From: Burkholderiaceae bacterium
Lineage (GTDB): Bacteria > Pseudomonadota > Gammaproteobacteria > Burkholderiales > Burkholderiaceae_E
Direction: 5' to 3'
DNA length: 64,000 bases
Assembly: GCA_023954135.1 (NCBI GenBank)
Contig: JAMLIN010000001.1
Location: forward strand, 157,852 to 221,851
Shown here in pieces: positions 8,877 to 18,368 of the stretch (positions within the stretch are counted from its first letter, which is position 1; every line of letters starts with the position of its first letter). The translations under genes and the position numbers were made by a program. Under the pieces are notes generated by a model that searched no databases, was not told the DNA's origin, and saw only the letters and a program-made list of their open reading frames with translations.

Positions 8877-10385
8877 TCACGAGGCGCCGTGCATCCGCTT
8901 GATCGCGGCGCGGTCCAGCGTACCCGCCTCGGTACGCGGCGGATCGGCGAGGAGGTGCACCCGCGCCGGCTTCTTGTAGCGCGCGATCCGGCCGCCGACG
9001 AACTCGATCACCTGTTGCGCATCGGGGTTCGCGCCGGGACGGCAGACGCAGGCCGCCTCGACCGCTTCGCCCCAGCGAGGATCCGGCACGCCGAAGACGA
9101 CGGCTTCGACGATGTCCGGATGCTCGCACAGGGTCCGCTCGACCTCGGCCGGATAGACGTTCTCGCCGCCCGGCTTGATCAGCTCCTTGGCGGGCGAACG
9201 ACCCTGGTACCAGAGGTAGCCTTCGTCGTCGTAGCGCCCGAGATCGCCGGTGTGATGCCAGCCACCGCGGAAGGTCTCGGCATTGTCGGTCTCGCGGCGC
9301 CAGTAGCCTTCGAAGACCATCGGGCCACGCACCACGATCTCGCCGGACTGCCCGGGTGCCACCGGCTGGTCCGCATCGTCGACGATCGCCACCGTGTTGA
9401 GCGGCGTCGGGCGCCCGGCGCTACCGGGCCGCTCCCGGAACGGCGACATGGTCGCCATGCCGGAGGTCTCGGTCTGTCCGTAGCCGACCCAGAACCGCGC
9501 GCCCGGGCAACGCGCCTCGAAGCGGGCGATCGTGTCGGGCACGTCGAGCCCGGTGACGGCCCGCAGGCTGGCGAGGCTCGCGCCATTGCGGTCGGCCGCC
9601 GCGATCGTCTCGCCGAGCATCGGCGGGAAGGTCGCCAGCAGGCTGCCGCGATGCTCGTCGATCGCCGCGACGAGCGCATCCGGATCGAAGCGCGACAGCA
9701 CCAGCGTGGCGCCCCCGGCGTACTGCGCCGCCAGCATCAGGCCGATGCCGGCGACGTGAAACAGGGGCAGCACGCCGGTGCAGACGTCGTCCGGCCCGAG
9801 CTCCCAGCATGCGCTGGCCTGCTGGGCCGCCGCGAGCAGGCCGGCGTGCGAGAGCAGCGCGCCGCGCGCCCGCCCCGCCACGGCGGCGGTATGGATGATG
9901 AGCAGCCCCGCTTCGCTGTCGATCTCCGCGGTCGTCTCGCGGGTACCGTTCGCGTAGAGGCCCTCGAAGGCGACCCAGCCGTCAACCGCCTCGCCCAGCA
10001 CCACCCGTCGGGCGTCGCCGATGGCCGCCTGCTCGAGCTGCGCCCGCATGCCGGGAGCGGCGATCACCACGGCCGGAGCAACGTCCTCGACGACGTGGGC
10101 GATCTCCTCGGGCGACAGCCGCGCGTTGACCGGCACCAGGATCGCGCCGAGGCGCGCCGCCGCGCCGAACAGGTCGCAGAACTCGAGCGAATTCGGCGCC
10201 AGCACCGCTATCCGGTCGCCGGTGCCGACGCCGAGCCCGGCCAGGCCGGCCGCGAGCTGCGCCACCCGCTGCGCGTACTGCCCGTGGGTGATCCTGCGGT
10301 CCTCGTGGATGAATGCGGCGCGCCCGCCATGCAGCAGGGCATTGCGGCGCACGAGGTCGTCCAGTGTGAATGATCTGAGGCTCAT
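8877..10385 (-). CDS. AMP-dependent acyl-CoA synthetase/ligase
   Basis: AMP-binding family layout with the motifs GYGQTETSG, HTGDLGRYDDEGYLWYQGR and IARYKKP. Confidence 0.85.
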   Translation of the reverse strand: MSLRSFTLDDLVRRNALLHGGRAAFIHEDRRITHGQYAQRVAQLAAGLAGLGVGTGDRIAVLAPNSLEFCDLFGAAARLGAILVPVNARLSPEEIAHVVEDVAPAVVIAAPGMRAQLEQAAIGDARRVVLGEAVDGWVAFEGLYANGTRETTAEIDSEAGLLIIHTAAVAGRARGALLSHAGLLAAAQQASACWELGPDDVCTGVLPLFHVAGIGLMLAAQYAGGATLVLSRFDPDALVAAIDEHRGSLLATFPPMLGETIAAADRNGASLASLRAVTGLDVPDTIARFEARCPGARFWVGYGQTETSGMATMSPFRERPGSAGRPTPLNTVAIVDDADQPVAPGQSGEIVVRGPMVFEGYWRRETDNAETFRGGWHHTGDLGRYDDEGYLWYQGRSPAKELIKPGGENVYPAEVERTLCEHPDIVEAVVFGVPDPRWGEAVEAACVCRPGANPDAQQVIEFVGGRIARYKKPARVHLLADPPRTEAGTLDRAAIKRMHGAS

Positions 10386-10412
10386 GAGGTCCTCTCCGGA
10401 AACGGGCTGGAG

Positions 10413-11324
10413 TCAGCGGATCGCCGATGATGGCATCGCTTCGCGCAGGAAGTCGACTATCGTCTGCGTGAATTCATCGTTCGCGTCGCCGGCGACCATG
10501 TGCCCCGCATCGGCCAGGTCGACGAATCGCGCGCCCGGGACCAGGTCCTGCAACGCACGGGCCCCTTCCAGGCTCACCACGTCGCTGCGCCCGCCGCGTA
10601 CCAGCAGGGTGGGCCGGCGCCAGTCGCGCAACGCCCGCTCGAGGGCCTGCGAATCGCGTCGCCCCTCGTGGTTGCGCGCATGCATCAGCCGGGGATCCCA
10701 GTGCCAGATCCAGCGCCCGGCGGCGTTCAGGCGCAGGTTCTTCTTCAGGCCGTCGAGCCGGGACGGCCCGGAGCGCTCGTACCCCTTGTAGCGGGCGACG
10801 TGCAGCGCGGCGTCCTCGAGGCTGGCGAAGCCCTCCGGATACGCGGTCATGAAGTCGACGATGCGCTGCACCCCCTCGGCCTCTATGCGTGGCGCCACAT
10901 CGACGAGGACGAGCACATCGATCGGCGGCGGATCATCGAGCCCGATCGCCCCGATCGCGGACAGTCCGCCCAGCGACGCACCGACGACCGCGACCGGGCG
11001 AGGCAGCTCACCCAGGACGCCGGCGACCGCCCGGGCAAGCACCGGCGTCGAGTAGTCGCCGTCCTCGGGCCAGCCGCTGTCGCCGTGGCCGGGCATGTCG
11101 AGCGCGACCGCCTGCCAGCCGGCCTCGCCGAGCCGGCGCGCCGACGCCCCCCAGGCGTGGCGCGTCTGCCCGCCGCCGTGCAGCAGCAGGACGGTGGGCG
11201 CGCCCACCGGCCCATGGACATCGGCGACGAGCTCGGTGCCGGCCGGCCCGGGGAAGCGCCGCGCACCACCAACCTGGCGCAACGCCGCGTCGTCGCCGAC
11301 GCGCATGCGAGCGGATTCCCTCAT
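10413..11324 (-). CDS. alpha/beta-fold hydrolase
   Basis: HGGGQTRHAW oxyanion region, GASLGG nucleophile elbow, and C-terminal DAGHM. The start (11324 or 11306) overlaps the stop of the upstream SDR. Confidence 0.8.
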   Translation of the reverse strand: MRESARMRVGDDAALRQVGGARRFPGPAGTELVADVHGPVGAPTVLLLHGGGQTRHAWGASARRLGEAGWQAVALDMPGHGDSGWPEDGDYSTPVLARAVAGVLGELPRPVAVVGASLGGLSAIGAIGLDDPPPIDVLVLVDVAPRIEAEGVQRIVDFMTAYPEGFASLEDAALHVARYKGYERSGPSRLDGLKKNLRLNAAGRWIWHWDPRLMHARNHEGRRDSQALERALRDWRRPTLLVRGGRSDVVSLEGARALQDLVPGARFVDLADAGHMVAGDANDEFTQTIVDFLREAMPSSAIR

Positions 11325-12097
11325 CGGGCCGTCATCCTCGCCCCCGCATCGAGGCTGATCGTCGTCGCATTGAAGTAGGGATTCTCGACGATCGAGCCGA
11401 CCAGGTGGGCGAACTCCTCCGGCTGCCCCATGCGGGACGGGAACAGCACCATGCGATCGATGATCGAGCGCGAGACCTTCTCGGGCATGCCCGCCACCAT
11501 GCCGGTGTCGAACAGGCCGGGGGCGATGCTCACGATCCGGATGCCGTGCTCGGCGAGATCGCGCGCCACCGGCAGGGTCAGGCCGATCACCGCGGCCTTG
11601 CTCGCGCTATAGGCGGCCTGGCCCATCTGGCCCTGCCAGGCCGCGCCGGAGGCGGTGTTGACGATCACGCCGCGCTCGCCGTCGGCGTTCGGCGTGTTGC
11701 GCGCCATTGCCGCCGCCGCCAGCCGGATCACGTTGAAGGTGCCGGTCAGGTTGATCGCGATCACCTTGTCCCAGGTCGCCAGCGGAAAGGGCTCGCCCTT
11801 GCTGTTGAGCGTCTTGGCCGCATCGGCGACGCCGGCGCAGTTGACCGCAACGTGCAGGGCGCCGAACTTCGCGAGCGCGGCGTCCACGCCGGCCTGGACC
11901 TGGGCGGCGTCGGTGACATCGACCGTCAGCGTCGCGAGCCGGTCGGCCGAGATCGTCTCTCCGAGCGCCGCGAGCCCGGCGGCGTCGCGATCGACGGCAA
12001 CGACGGATGCGCCCGCCTGCGCGAGGCGCAGCGCGCTCGCCCGTCCGAGCCCGGAGCCGGCCCCGGTCACGAGGGCCACGGTGGATTCGATCTTCAA
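11321..12097 (-). CDS. SDR-family 3-hydroxyacyl-CoA dehydrogenase (HSD17B10/FadB2-like)
   Basis: TTG start at 12097 with GGGAGA upstream. VALVTGAGSGLGRA and YSASKAAV motifs, and the C-terminal end typical of type II HADH. Confidence 0.8.
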   Translation of the reverse strand: MKIESTVALVTGAGSGLGRASALRLAQAGASVVAVDRDAAGLAALGETISADRLATLTVDVTDAAQVQAGVDAALAKFGALHVAVNCAGVADAAKTLNSKGEPFPLATWDKVIAINLTGTFNVIRLAAAAMARNTPNADGERGVIVNTASGAAWQGQMGQAAYSASKAAVIGLTLPVARDLAEHGIRIVSIAPGLFDTGMVAGMPEKVSRSIIDRMVLFPSRMGQPEEFAHLVGSIVENPYFNATTISLDAGARMTAR

Positions 12098-12149
12098 GGT
12101 CGTTCTCCCGATGCTGCGCCCGGCGCGGGCGCGGTTGTCGCCGCTGCGT

Positions 12150-13391
12150 TCAGCGGCCGAGGATCGTCACGCAGGCCACCGCTTCCTCGATGCCCTGCAA
12201 CCCACCGCCGTTCTCCGCCAGCGCGATGCGCGCCCCCTCGACCTGGCGAGCACCGGCCTCGCCGCGCAACTGGGTCACGAGCTCGTGGACCTGCCCGATG
12301 CCGGTGGCCCCGACCGGGTGGCCCTTGGACTCCAGCCCGCCCGAAGGATTGACCGGAATCCGGCCGCCGATCTCCGTCTCGCCCCGCTCGCTCATCGGCC
12401 CGCCCTCGCCGAACTCGCAGAAGCCGAGGTTCTCGATCTGGATGATCTCGCCCATGGCGGTCGCGTCGTGAACCTCGGCGACCGAGACGTCCTGCGGCCC
12501 CACCCCGGCGCGCTCGTAGGCGCGGCGCGCGGCAACGGCGGTGCAGTGCTGCTCCACCTGGGACGGATCGCGATCGGTGCCGGTGCCCACCACGCAGGCC
12601 AGCACCCGGATCGCGCGACCGGCATCGAGGCCTAGTCGGCGCAGGCCCGCGCCGGTGCACAGCACCGCCGCCGCGGCACCGTCGGAGATCGGCGAGCACA
12701 TCGGCAGGGTCAGCGGATACGTGATCGGCGGGGCCGCGAGAATCTCCTCGATGGTGTAGGGATCCCGGTACTGCGACAGCGGGTTGTGCACGGAATGCCG
12801 ATGGTTCTTCGCCGCCACCGCAGCGAGCTGGCGCTGCGTGGTGCCGAAGCGCTTCATATGAAAGCGCGAGAACGCCGCGTACACGTCCATGAAGACGCTG
12901 TAGGGCTTGGGCGAGGTGCTGCCCGGCGGCGGCTCGATGCCCTCGCCGAGTTGCAGCAGGCGCTCGCGGATCGCCTCGGCCTCGTGGACATCCCAGGCGC
13001 TGTCGAAGACCGAGAACATCAGGTCCCGATCGGACGAGTACATCTTCTCGGCCCCGACCGCGAGGGCGACGTCGCCCTCGCCTGCGCGCAGGAAGTTCAC
13101 CGCCAGCGAGAACGCGCTGCTGCCGCTCGCGCAGGCGTTCTCCACATTGACCACCGGAATGCCCTGGATCCCCATCGATCGCAGCGCGACCTGGCCGCGG
13201 ATCATCTGCTGGCCTTCCATGTGACCCTGCGACGCGTTGGCGAAATAGGCCCCCTGCAAGGCGTCGGCCGACACGCCCGCATCGGCGAGCGCCGTCTCCA
13301 CCGCCTGGCGCGTCATGTCCTTGATGCTGACATCGGGCAGACGCCCGAACGGCGTCATGCCCACGCCCACCACGTATACGTCTTCCATCAT
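12150..13391 (-). CDS. SCPx/Ltp-type thiolase (acetyl-CoA C-acyltransferase-like)
   Basis: Track ORF trimmed to the ATG at 13391 (MMEDVYVVGVGMTPFGR) with GAGGAG upstream. Active-site region NVENACASGSSAF and C-terminal NPSGGLESKGHPVGATG. Confidence 0.85.
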   Translation of the reverse strand: MMEDVYVVGVGMTPFGRLPDVSIKDMTRQAVETALADAGVSADALQGAYFANASQGHMEGQQMIRGQVALRSMGIQGIPVVNVENACASGSSAFSLAVNFLRAGEGDVALAVGAEKMYSSDRDLMFSVFDSAWDVHEAEAIRERLLQLGEGIEPPPGSTSPKPYSVFMDVYAAFSRFHMKRFGTTQRQLAAVAAKNHRHSVHNPLSQYRDPYTIEEILAAPPITYPLTLPMCSPISDGAAAAVLCTGAGLRRLGLDAGRAIRVLACVVGTGTDRDPSQVEQHCTAVAARRAYERAGVGPQDVSVAEVHDATAMGEIIQIENLGFCEFGEGGPMSERGETEIGGRIPVNPSGGLESKGHPVGATGIGQVHELVTQLRGEAGARQVEGARIALAENGGGLQGIEEAVACVTILGR

Positions 13392-14527
13392 CTGCTCCTC
13401 GTGCCGATCAGATCGGCGTTGCCTTCGCCTACCGCCGGCGTACCGCGAACCGGCCCCGGATGCGAATCGCCGAACCGCAGCGGCTGCGCCACCGCGCGCC
13501 GTGTGCCGCCGCCCTCCGGCACATCGCGAAACAGGCCGCGGGCGCGGAAATGCGGATCCTCCACGACGTCGTGCAGGTCGTTTACCGGCCCCCAGGGAAT
13601 CGCCGCTTCGTCCAGGCGCTGCGCCCATGTCGCCCGGGGCGCCCTGGCCAGCGCCCGGGCGATGCGATCGCGCAATGGATCGAATCGCGCCACCCGCTCG
13701 GGCCGGCGCAGGGCTGCGGCATCCGGCATGTCGAGCAAACCGCACAGCGGGCTCCAGAACCAGTCCTCGTGGGCGATCGAAAGGGTCAGCAACTTGCCGT
13801 CGCCGCAGCGGAAGGTGCCATAGGCGGGCTCGGCGGCGATGTCGGCGAGTTCCTCGCGGTTCATCTGAGGCCCGAGGAATACCGACATCCACGACACGAG
13901 CCCGTCGGTCATCGAGACATCGACGTACTCGCCGCGACCGGTGCGCTCGCGCTGGTGCAGCGCGGCCAGCGTGCCGACGACCGCGAACATCGCCGATGCG
14001 AGATCGCCGACCGCGAGATCCCCCGGCGGCTCCACCTTCCCGGATCGCGCCTGGCGAAAGAGCAGCCCGGCGATGGCCTGGTAGGAAAGATCGTGTGCCG
14101 GCCGGTCCCGGTAAGGGCCGTCCTGCCCGAAACCGGAGATCGAGACGTAGACCAGGCGCGGATTGATCCGCGCCACGTCCTCGTAGCCGAAGCCGAGGCG
14201 GGCCATCGTGCCCGGCCGAAAGCCCTCGAGCACCACGTCGGCGTCGGCGAGCAGGCCGCGCAGCGCGCTGCGTCCTTCGTCGCTCTTGAGGTCGACGGCC
14301 ACCGCCCGCTTGTTGCGGTTGAGCGCCGCATGAAAGCCGGGAAAGCCCCGCGCCGGATCCCCCTGTCCCGGTCGCTCGACCAGGATCACCTGTGCGCCGA
14401 GATCGGCCATCAGCAGGGTGGCGTAGGGGCCCGGATACTGCTCGGCCAGGCTGACGACCCTCAGACCATGGAGCGGCAGCCCCTTGCCCGCATCATCGCG
14501 TACGTTCATTGCGCCATCCCCGCTCAT
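13388..14527 (-). CDS. family III (CaiB/BaiF) CoA-transferase
   Basis: LHGLRVVSLAEQYPGPYATLLMADLGAQVILVERP is the typical N-terminus. The stop overlaps the thiolase start (ATGA). Confidence 0.85.
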   Translation of the reverse strand: MSGDGAMNVRDDAGKGLPLHGLRVVSLAEQYPGPYATLLMADLGAQVILVERPGQGDPARGFPGFHAALNRNKRAVAVDLKSDEGRSALRGLLADADVVLEGFRPGTMARLGFGYEDVARINPRLVYVSISGFGQDGPYRDRPAHDLSYQAIAGLLFRQARSGKVEPPGDLAVGDLASAMFAVVGTLAALHQRERTGRGEYVDVSMTDGLVSWMSVFLGPQMNREELADIAAEPAYGTFRCGDGKLLTLSIAHEDWFWSPLCGLLDMPDAAALRRPERVARFDPLRDRIARALARAPRATWAQRLDEAAIPWGPVNDLHDVVEDPHFRARGLFRDVPEGGGTRRAVAQPLRFGDSHPGPVRGTPAVGEGNADLIGTRSR

Positions 14528-15339
14528 CGTCCGCGCCAGACCGGCTTGCGCTTCTCGACGAAGGCGCCGATGCCCTCGGCCGCATCCTCGGCCAGCATGT
14601 TGCGCACCACGAGCTCGCCGGCGTACTCGTAGGCATCGGGAAGGCTCATGTCGAGCTGGCGGTAGAAGCCCTGTTTGCCCAGCGCAACCGTGAACGGCGA
14701 CTTGTCGGCGATCTCGGCAGCCGCGGCGGCGACGGCCTCGTCGAGGCGCTCGTCATCGGCGATCTCGTTGACCAGCCCGATCCGGAACGCATGCTCGGCA
14801 TCGAAGAGCCGCCCGGACAGCAGCATCTGCATCGCATGCTTGCGCGACACGGCCCGGCCGAGGGCGACCATCGGCGTCAGGCACCACAGGCCGATATTGA
14901 CACCCGGCGTGGCGAAGCGCGCGCTGCGCGCCGCGTAGGCCAGATCCGCGCTGGCCACTATCTGCAACCCGGCGGCCGTGGCCACGCCACGCACCTTGGC
15001 GATCACCGGCCGGGGATGGGCCACGATGGACTGCATCATCCGGCTGCAGCGGCTCGCCATCTCCTTGCTGAAGGCGGGGCTGTTCTTCGACAGCACCTCG
15101 CGCAGGTCGTGCCCCGCGCAGAACACCCGATCGCCCATGCCCTCGATGACGAGCACGTGCACCTGCGCATCGTCGGCCGATTCGTCCAGGGCCGCCTGCA
15201 GGGCCGCGATCATGTCGAGCGACAGCGAGTTGCCCGCCTGGGGCCGGTTCAGGGTCAGGGTCAGGACGTGGCCCTCGAGGGATCTTTTCAGGATCGGATC
15301 GGCGTCGAGTCCGGCGTCGGCCGCGGAAGTTTCATTCAT
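14524..15339 (-). CDS. enoyl-CoA hydratase/isomerase family protein
   Basis: Trimmed to the ATG at 15339 (MNETSAAD) with GAGGAGG upstream. FCAGHDL, KVRGVATAAGLQIVASADL, and C-terminal EGIGAFVEKRKPVW. Confidence 0.85.
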   Translation of the reverse strand: MNETSAADAGLDADPILKRSLEGHVLTLTLNRPQAGNSLSLDMIAALQAALDESADDAQVHVLVIEGMGDRVFCAGHDLREVLSKNSPAFSKEMASRCSRMMQSIVAHPRPVIAKVRGVATAAGLQIVASADLAYAARSARFATPGVNIGLWCLTPMVALGRAVSRKHAMQMLLSGRLFDAEHAFRIGLVNEIADDERLDEAVAAAAAEIADKSPFTVALGKQGFYRQLDMSLPDAYEYAGELVVRNMLAEDAAEGIGAFVEKRKPVWRGR

Positions 15340-15466
15340 GTCTGCCTCCTCTGCACTCGCGGCCGGATTCGACCCCAAAGTTGCAGTGCTTACTCTACAC
15401 TTGATCGACTGACGCATGCGTCGAATCACCATGCCCTTCGGGCGAGAATCCCGGGAGACACTGCCA

Positions 15467-16258
15467 ATGTCCGAGAACACATCCGTGCTGTCCGAGACTC
15501 GCGACGGCGCCCTCTGGCTTACGCTGAACCGGGAGACGGCGCTCAATGCGATCACCCCCCAGGTGGTCGAGGGCCTGGAATCGGCCCTGGCCTCGGCCGA
15601 GCACGATCCCGCGGTGCATGCGGTGGTGCTCACCGGCCGCGGCCGGGCCTTCTGCGCCGGCGCCGACCTGAAATACGTCAGGCAGACCACGCAGGGCGAC
15701 GAGAACGCCGTCGCCCGCTTCCTCGACTCGGTCCTGGGCGTCATGGGCCGGCTCGAGAGATTCCCCAAACCCACGATCGCCGCGGTCAACGGCCTGGCGC
15801 TTGCGGGTGGCCTCGAGCTGGTGCTGTGCTGCGATCTGGTGATCGCCGCCCGTTCGGCCCGGCTGGGCGATGCGCATGCCAACTTCGGCCTGCTGCCCGG
15901 CGGCGGGGGCTCGGTCCGCCTGCCGCGCAAGATCGGCCCGACCCGCGCGAAGTACCTCCTGTTCACCGGTGAATTCGTTCCCGCCGAGGAGTTCGTGTCG
16001 GCGGGGCTGGTCAACGAGGTGCTCGAGGACGCCGACCTGCTGGCGGGTGCCGGCCGGATCGTCGCCCGCCTGCGCGACAAGAGCCCGCTCGTGCTGCGCC
16101 GCATGAAGGCGCTCGTCGACGACGGCCTCGAGCAGCCGATCGAGACCGCCCTGCGGCTCGAGCTCCTCGCGAGCGAGGTCCATTCGCACAGTCACGACAT
16201 GAAGGAAGGCCTGGCTGCGTTCGAGGAGAAGCGCAAACCCAACTTCACCGGCCACTGA
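15467..16258 (+). CDS. enoyl-CoA hydratase/isomerase family protein
   Basis: FCAGADL, AAVNGLALAGGLELVLCCDL and EGLAAFEEKRKPNF. The start is at 15467 (alternatives 15416 or 15431). Confidence 0.85.
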   Translation: MSENTSVLSETRDGALWLTLNRETALNAITPQVVEGLESALASAEHDPAVHAVVLTGRGRAFCAGADLKYVRQTTQGDENAVARFLDSVLGVMGRLERFPKPTIAAVNGLALAGGLELVLCCDLVIAARSARLGDAHANFGLLPGGGGSVRLPRKIGPTRAKYLLFTGEFVPAEEFVSAGLVNEVLEDADLLAGAGRIVARLRDKSPLVLRRMKALVDDGLEQPIETALRLELLASEVHSHSHDMKEGLAAFEEKRKPNFTGH

Positions 16259-16267
16259 CGGCTTCAC

Positions 16268-16287
16268 AGGCGGGCGACGACCCGCCT
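16268..16287. terminator. GC-rich hairpin between convergent genes
   Basis: AGGCGGG-CGACGA-CCCGCCT, a 7-bp stem with a 6-nt loop, lying between the hydratase stop and the livF-like stop. No clear U-tract. Confidence 0.35.
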
Positions 16288-17078
16288 CAGCCGAGCCAGC
16301 GCTTGCGGCGCCTGTAGTGCTTCACGTCCCGGTAGCTCTTGCGCTCGCCCTCGAGATTCAGGCCGAGGTAGAACTCGCGCACGTCCTCGTTGTTCCTGAG
16401 ATCGGCGGCAGGCCCTTCCAGCACGATCCGCCCGTTCTCCATCACGTAGCCGAAGTCGGCGATGTCGAGCGCCACCCGGGTGTTCTGCTCGACGATCAGC
16501 AGGGTCGTCCCGCCGCGCTTGAGCGAATCGAGAAGGGTGAACACCTCGTCGACGATCAGCGGCGCCAGCCCGAGGGACGGCTCGTCGATCATGATCAGCT
16601 TCGGCTTGGCCATCATGGCGCGGCCGATGACGAGCATCTGCTGCTCGCCGCCCGAGAGATAGCCGGCGGTGCGCGTCTTGAGCTGCGCGAGCCGGGGGAT
16701 GCGCTCGTAGACCTCGTCGAGGCGGCTGCGCAGCTCGGTCCCCGATGACAGCATGTGGCCGCCGACCAGCAGGTTCTGGTCGACCGTCAGGTGCCGCAGC
16801 ACCCGACGGCCCTCCATGATGTGCAGCAGGCCCCGTCGGACGATGCTCGCCGGTTCGGCATTGTCGATCCGCTCGCCCTCGAACTCGATCGAACCGGACG
16901 TCACCCGCCCGTCCTCGGTGCGGATGACGTTCGATATCGACTTCAGGGTCGTGCTCTTGCCGGCGCCATTGCCGCCCAACAGGACAACGCACTTGCCGGC
17001 GGGCACCTGGAGCGAGATGCCCTTGACCGCCAGGATCACGTCGCTGTAGACAGCCTCGACGCCATTGAGCACCAGCAT
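16287..17078 (-). CDS. branched-chain-amino-acid-type ABC transporter ATP-binding protein (LivF-like)
   Basis: Walker A GGNGAGKST, signature LSGGEQQML, Walker B LIMIDEPSLGLAP. Confidence 0.9.
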   Translation of the reverse strand: MLVLNGVEAVYSDVILAVKGISLQVPAGKCVVLLGGNGAGKSTTLKSISNVIRTEDGRVTSGSIEFEGERIDNAEPASIVRRGLLHIMEGRRVLRHLTVDQNLLVGGHMLSSGTELRSRLDEVYERIPRLAQLKTRTAGYLSGGEQQMLVIGRAMMAKPKLIMIDEPSLGLAPLIVDEVFTLLDSLKRGGTTLLIVEQNTRVALDIADFGYVMENGRIVLEGPAADLRNNEDVREFYLGLNLEGERKSYRDVKHYRRRKRWLG

Positions 17079-17098
17079 GACGATTCGCCTCGCTCAGC

Positions 17099-18334
17099 TC
17101 ACCACTTGTTCACGACCGGCACCGGAACCCGCTCGGCGGCGATCGTGTATTTGCCGTCCTTCACGGTCCCGATGTTCACCGTCAGGCCCGAGAGCGGGAA
17201 CGGCGCGTCGTTGCTGAACGCGAGGTTCGGCAGCACCTCGAACATCTGCTCGCTTGAGATCTGCGTCGACAGCAATGCCTTGCGGACCGCTTCTCCGGTG
17301 ATCTTGTCCGGCCCGACCTGCTTGGCGGCGGCCTCGATCGCGCGCACGAGCAGCAGGGTCGGCGCAAGGCCCATGACGCTCAGGGAGTTCCAGTTGGCCT
17401 GCACCTTGTGCTTGTCGCGCAGCATGTCGAAGAAGTCGTGCGACGACGTCTTGTCGGGACTCGCGATCGCCATCCCGTAGACCTCGAAGTCGCCCTCGAG
17501 CTGGGCCAGCCCGCCGGCCGCCTTGCCCGAGGCGGGCAGGCCGTTGTGCGAGCTCATCACGATCGGGATGTCCTTGCGTCCGATCGCCTGCAGCGCGCGC
17601 TTGGTCGCCACGACGGCGGCGGTGTTGGTCTGGATGTTGATCACCTGCACACCGGCGCGCGCCATCCGGTTGATCTGCGTGGTGAGGTCGCTCGGCTGCA
17701 CCTCGGTGAACACCGTCTCGACCACGATCAGCTTGTCCGGGTTGTCGGCGGCGTACTTCTGGGTGCCCTTGGCGATGTCGACGTAGGCGGGCGCGGCTTC
17801 CGACGAGATGACGCCGATCTTCAGCGGTCCGGTGATGCCTTTCTGCTGGCGATACCAGTCGTAGAAGGCCGAGGCTTCATGCCCGTACGTCGGCCGCGAG
17901 TTGAAGATCCAGGGATTCGGCATCCAGGCATAGCCGTAGGCGGCGGTTGCCATGATGAGCGGAACCTTGTCGTCGGGCAGGCGATTCTGCAGTGCGGCCA
18001 CGTCCGGCCCGCCGACGCCGAGTGCGGCGATCGGGCGCAGCTCCGAGAGGATCCCCGGCCACAGACTGGCGGTCTGCGCCACGTCGTAGCGGGTGTCGTA
18101 GTCCTTCAGGACCAGCCGGACACCCAGGCCCTTGCCGACCTCGTTGTTCCACCAGTCGATGGCTCCCCAGCGCGGGCCGACCATGTCCTTCATGACGTCG
18201 GCGTAGGGTCCGGTGAAATCGGCCAGCGACGCGATGCTGTAGGTCGTCTGCGCAGCCGCGGGGACCGTGACCCCCATCGTCGCGCACCCCGCTGCAAGCA
18301 AAGCTGCGGATAGGATCTTTCTGCGTGTCGGCAT
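17099..18334 (-). CDS. ABC transporter periplasmic substrate-binding protein (LivK/type I PBP family)
   Basis: ATG at 18334 with GAGGAG 6 nt upstream. Signal peptide MPTRRKILSAALLAAGCATMGVTVPAAA. Lies inside a liv-type operon. Confidence 0.8.
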   Translation of the reverse strand: MPTRRKILSAALLAAGCATMGVTVPAAAQTTYSIASLADFTGPYADVMKDMVGPRWGAIDWWNNEVGKGLGVRLVLKDYDTRYDVAQTASLWPGILSELRPIAALGVGGPDVAALQNRLPDDKVPLIMATAAYGYAWMPNPWIFNSRPTYGHEASAFYDWYRQQKGITGPLKIGVISSEAAPAYVDIAKGTQKYAADNPDKLIVVETVFTEVQPSDLTTQINRMARAGVQVINIQTNTAAVVATKRALQAIGRKDIPIVMSSHNGLPASGKAAGGLAQLEGDFEVYGMAIASPDKTSSHDFFDMLRDKHKVQANWNSLSVMGLAPTLLLVRAIEAAAKQVGPDKITGEAVRKALLSTQISSEQMFEVLPNLAFSNDAPFPLSGLTVNIGTVKDGKYTIAAERVPVPVVNKW

Positions 18335-18368
18335 CTTGGTCTCCTCGATTGACATCAGGTTGAGGCTC

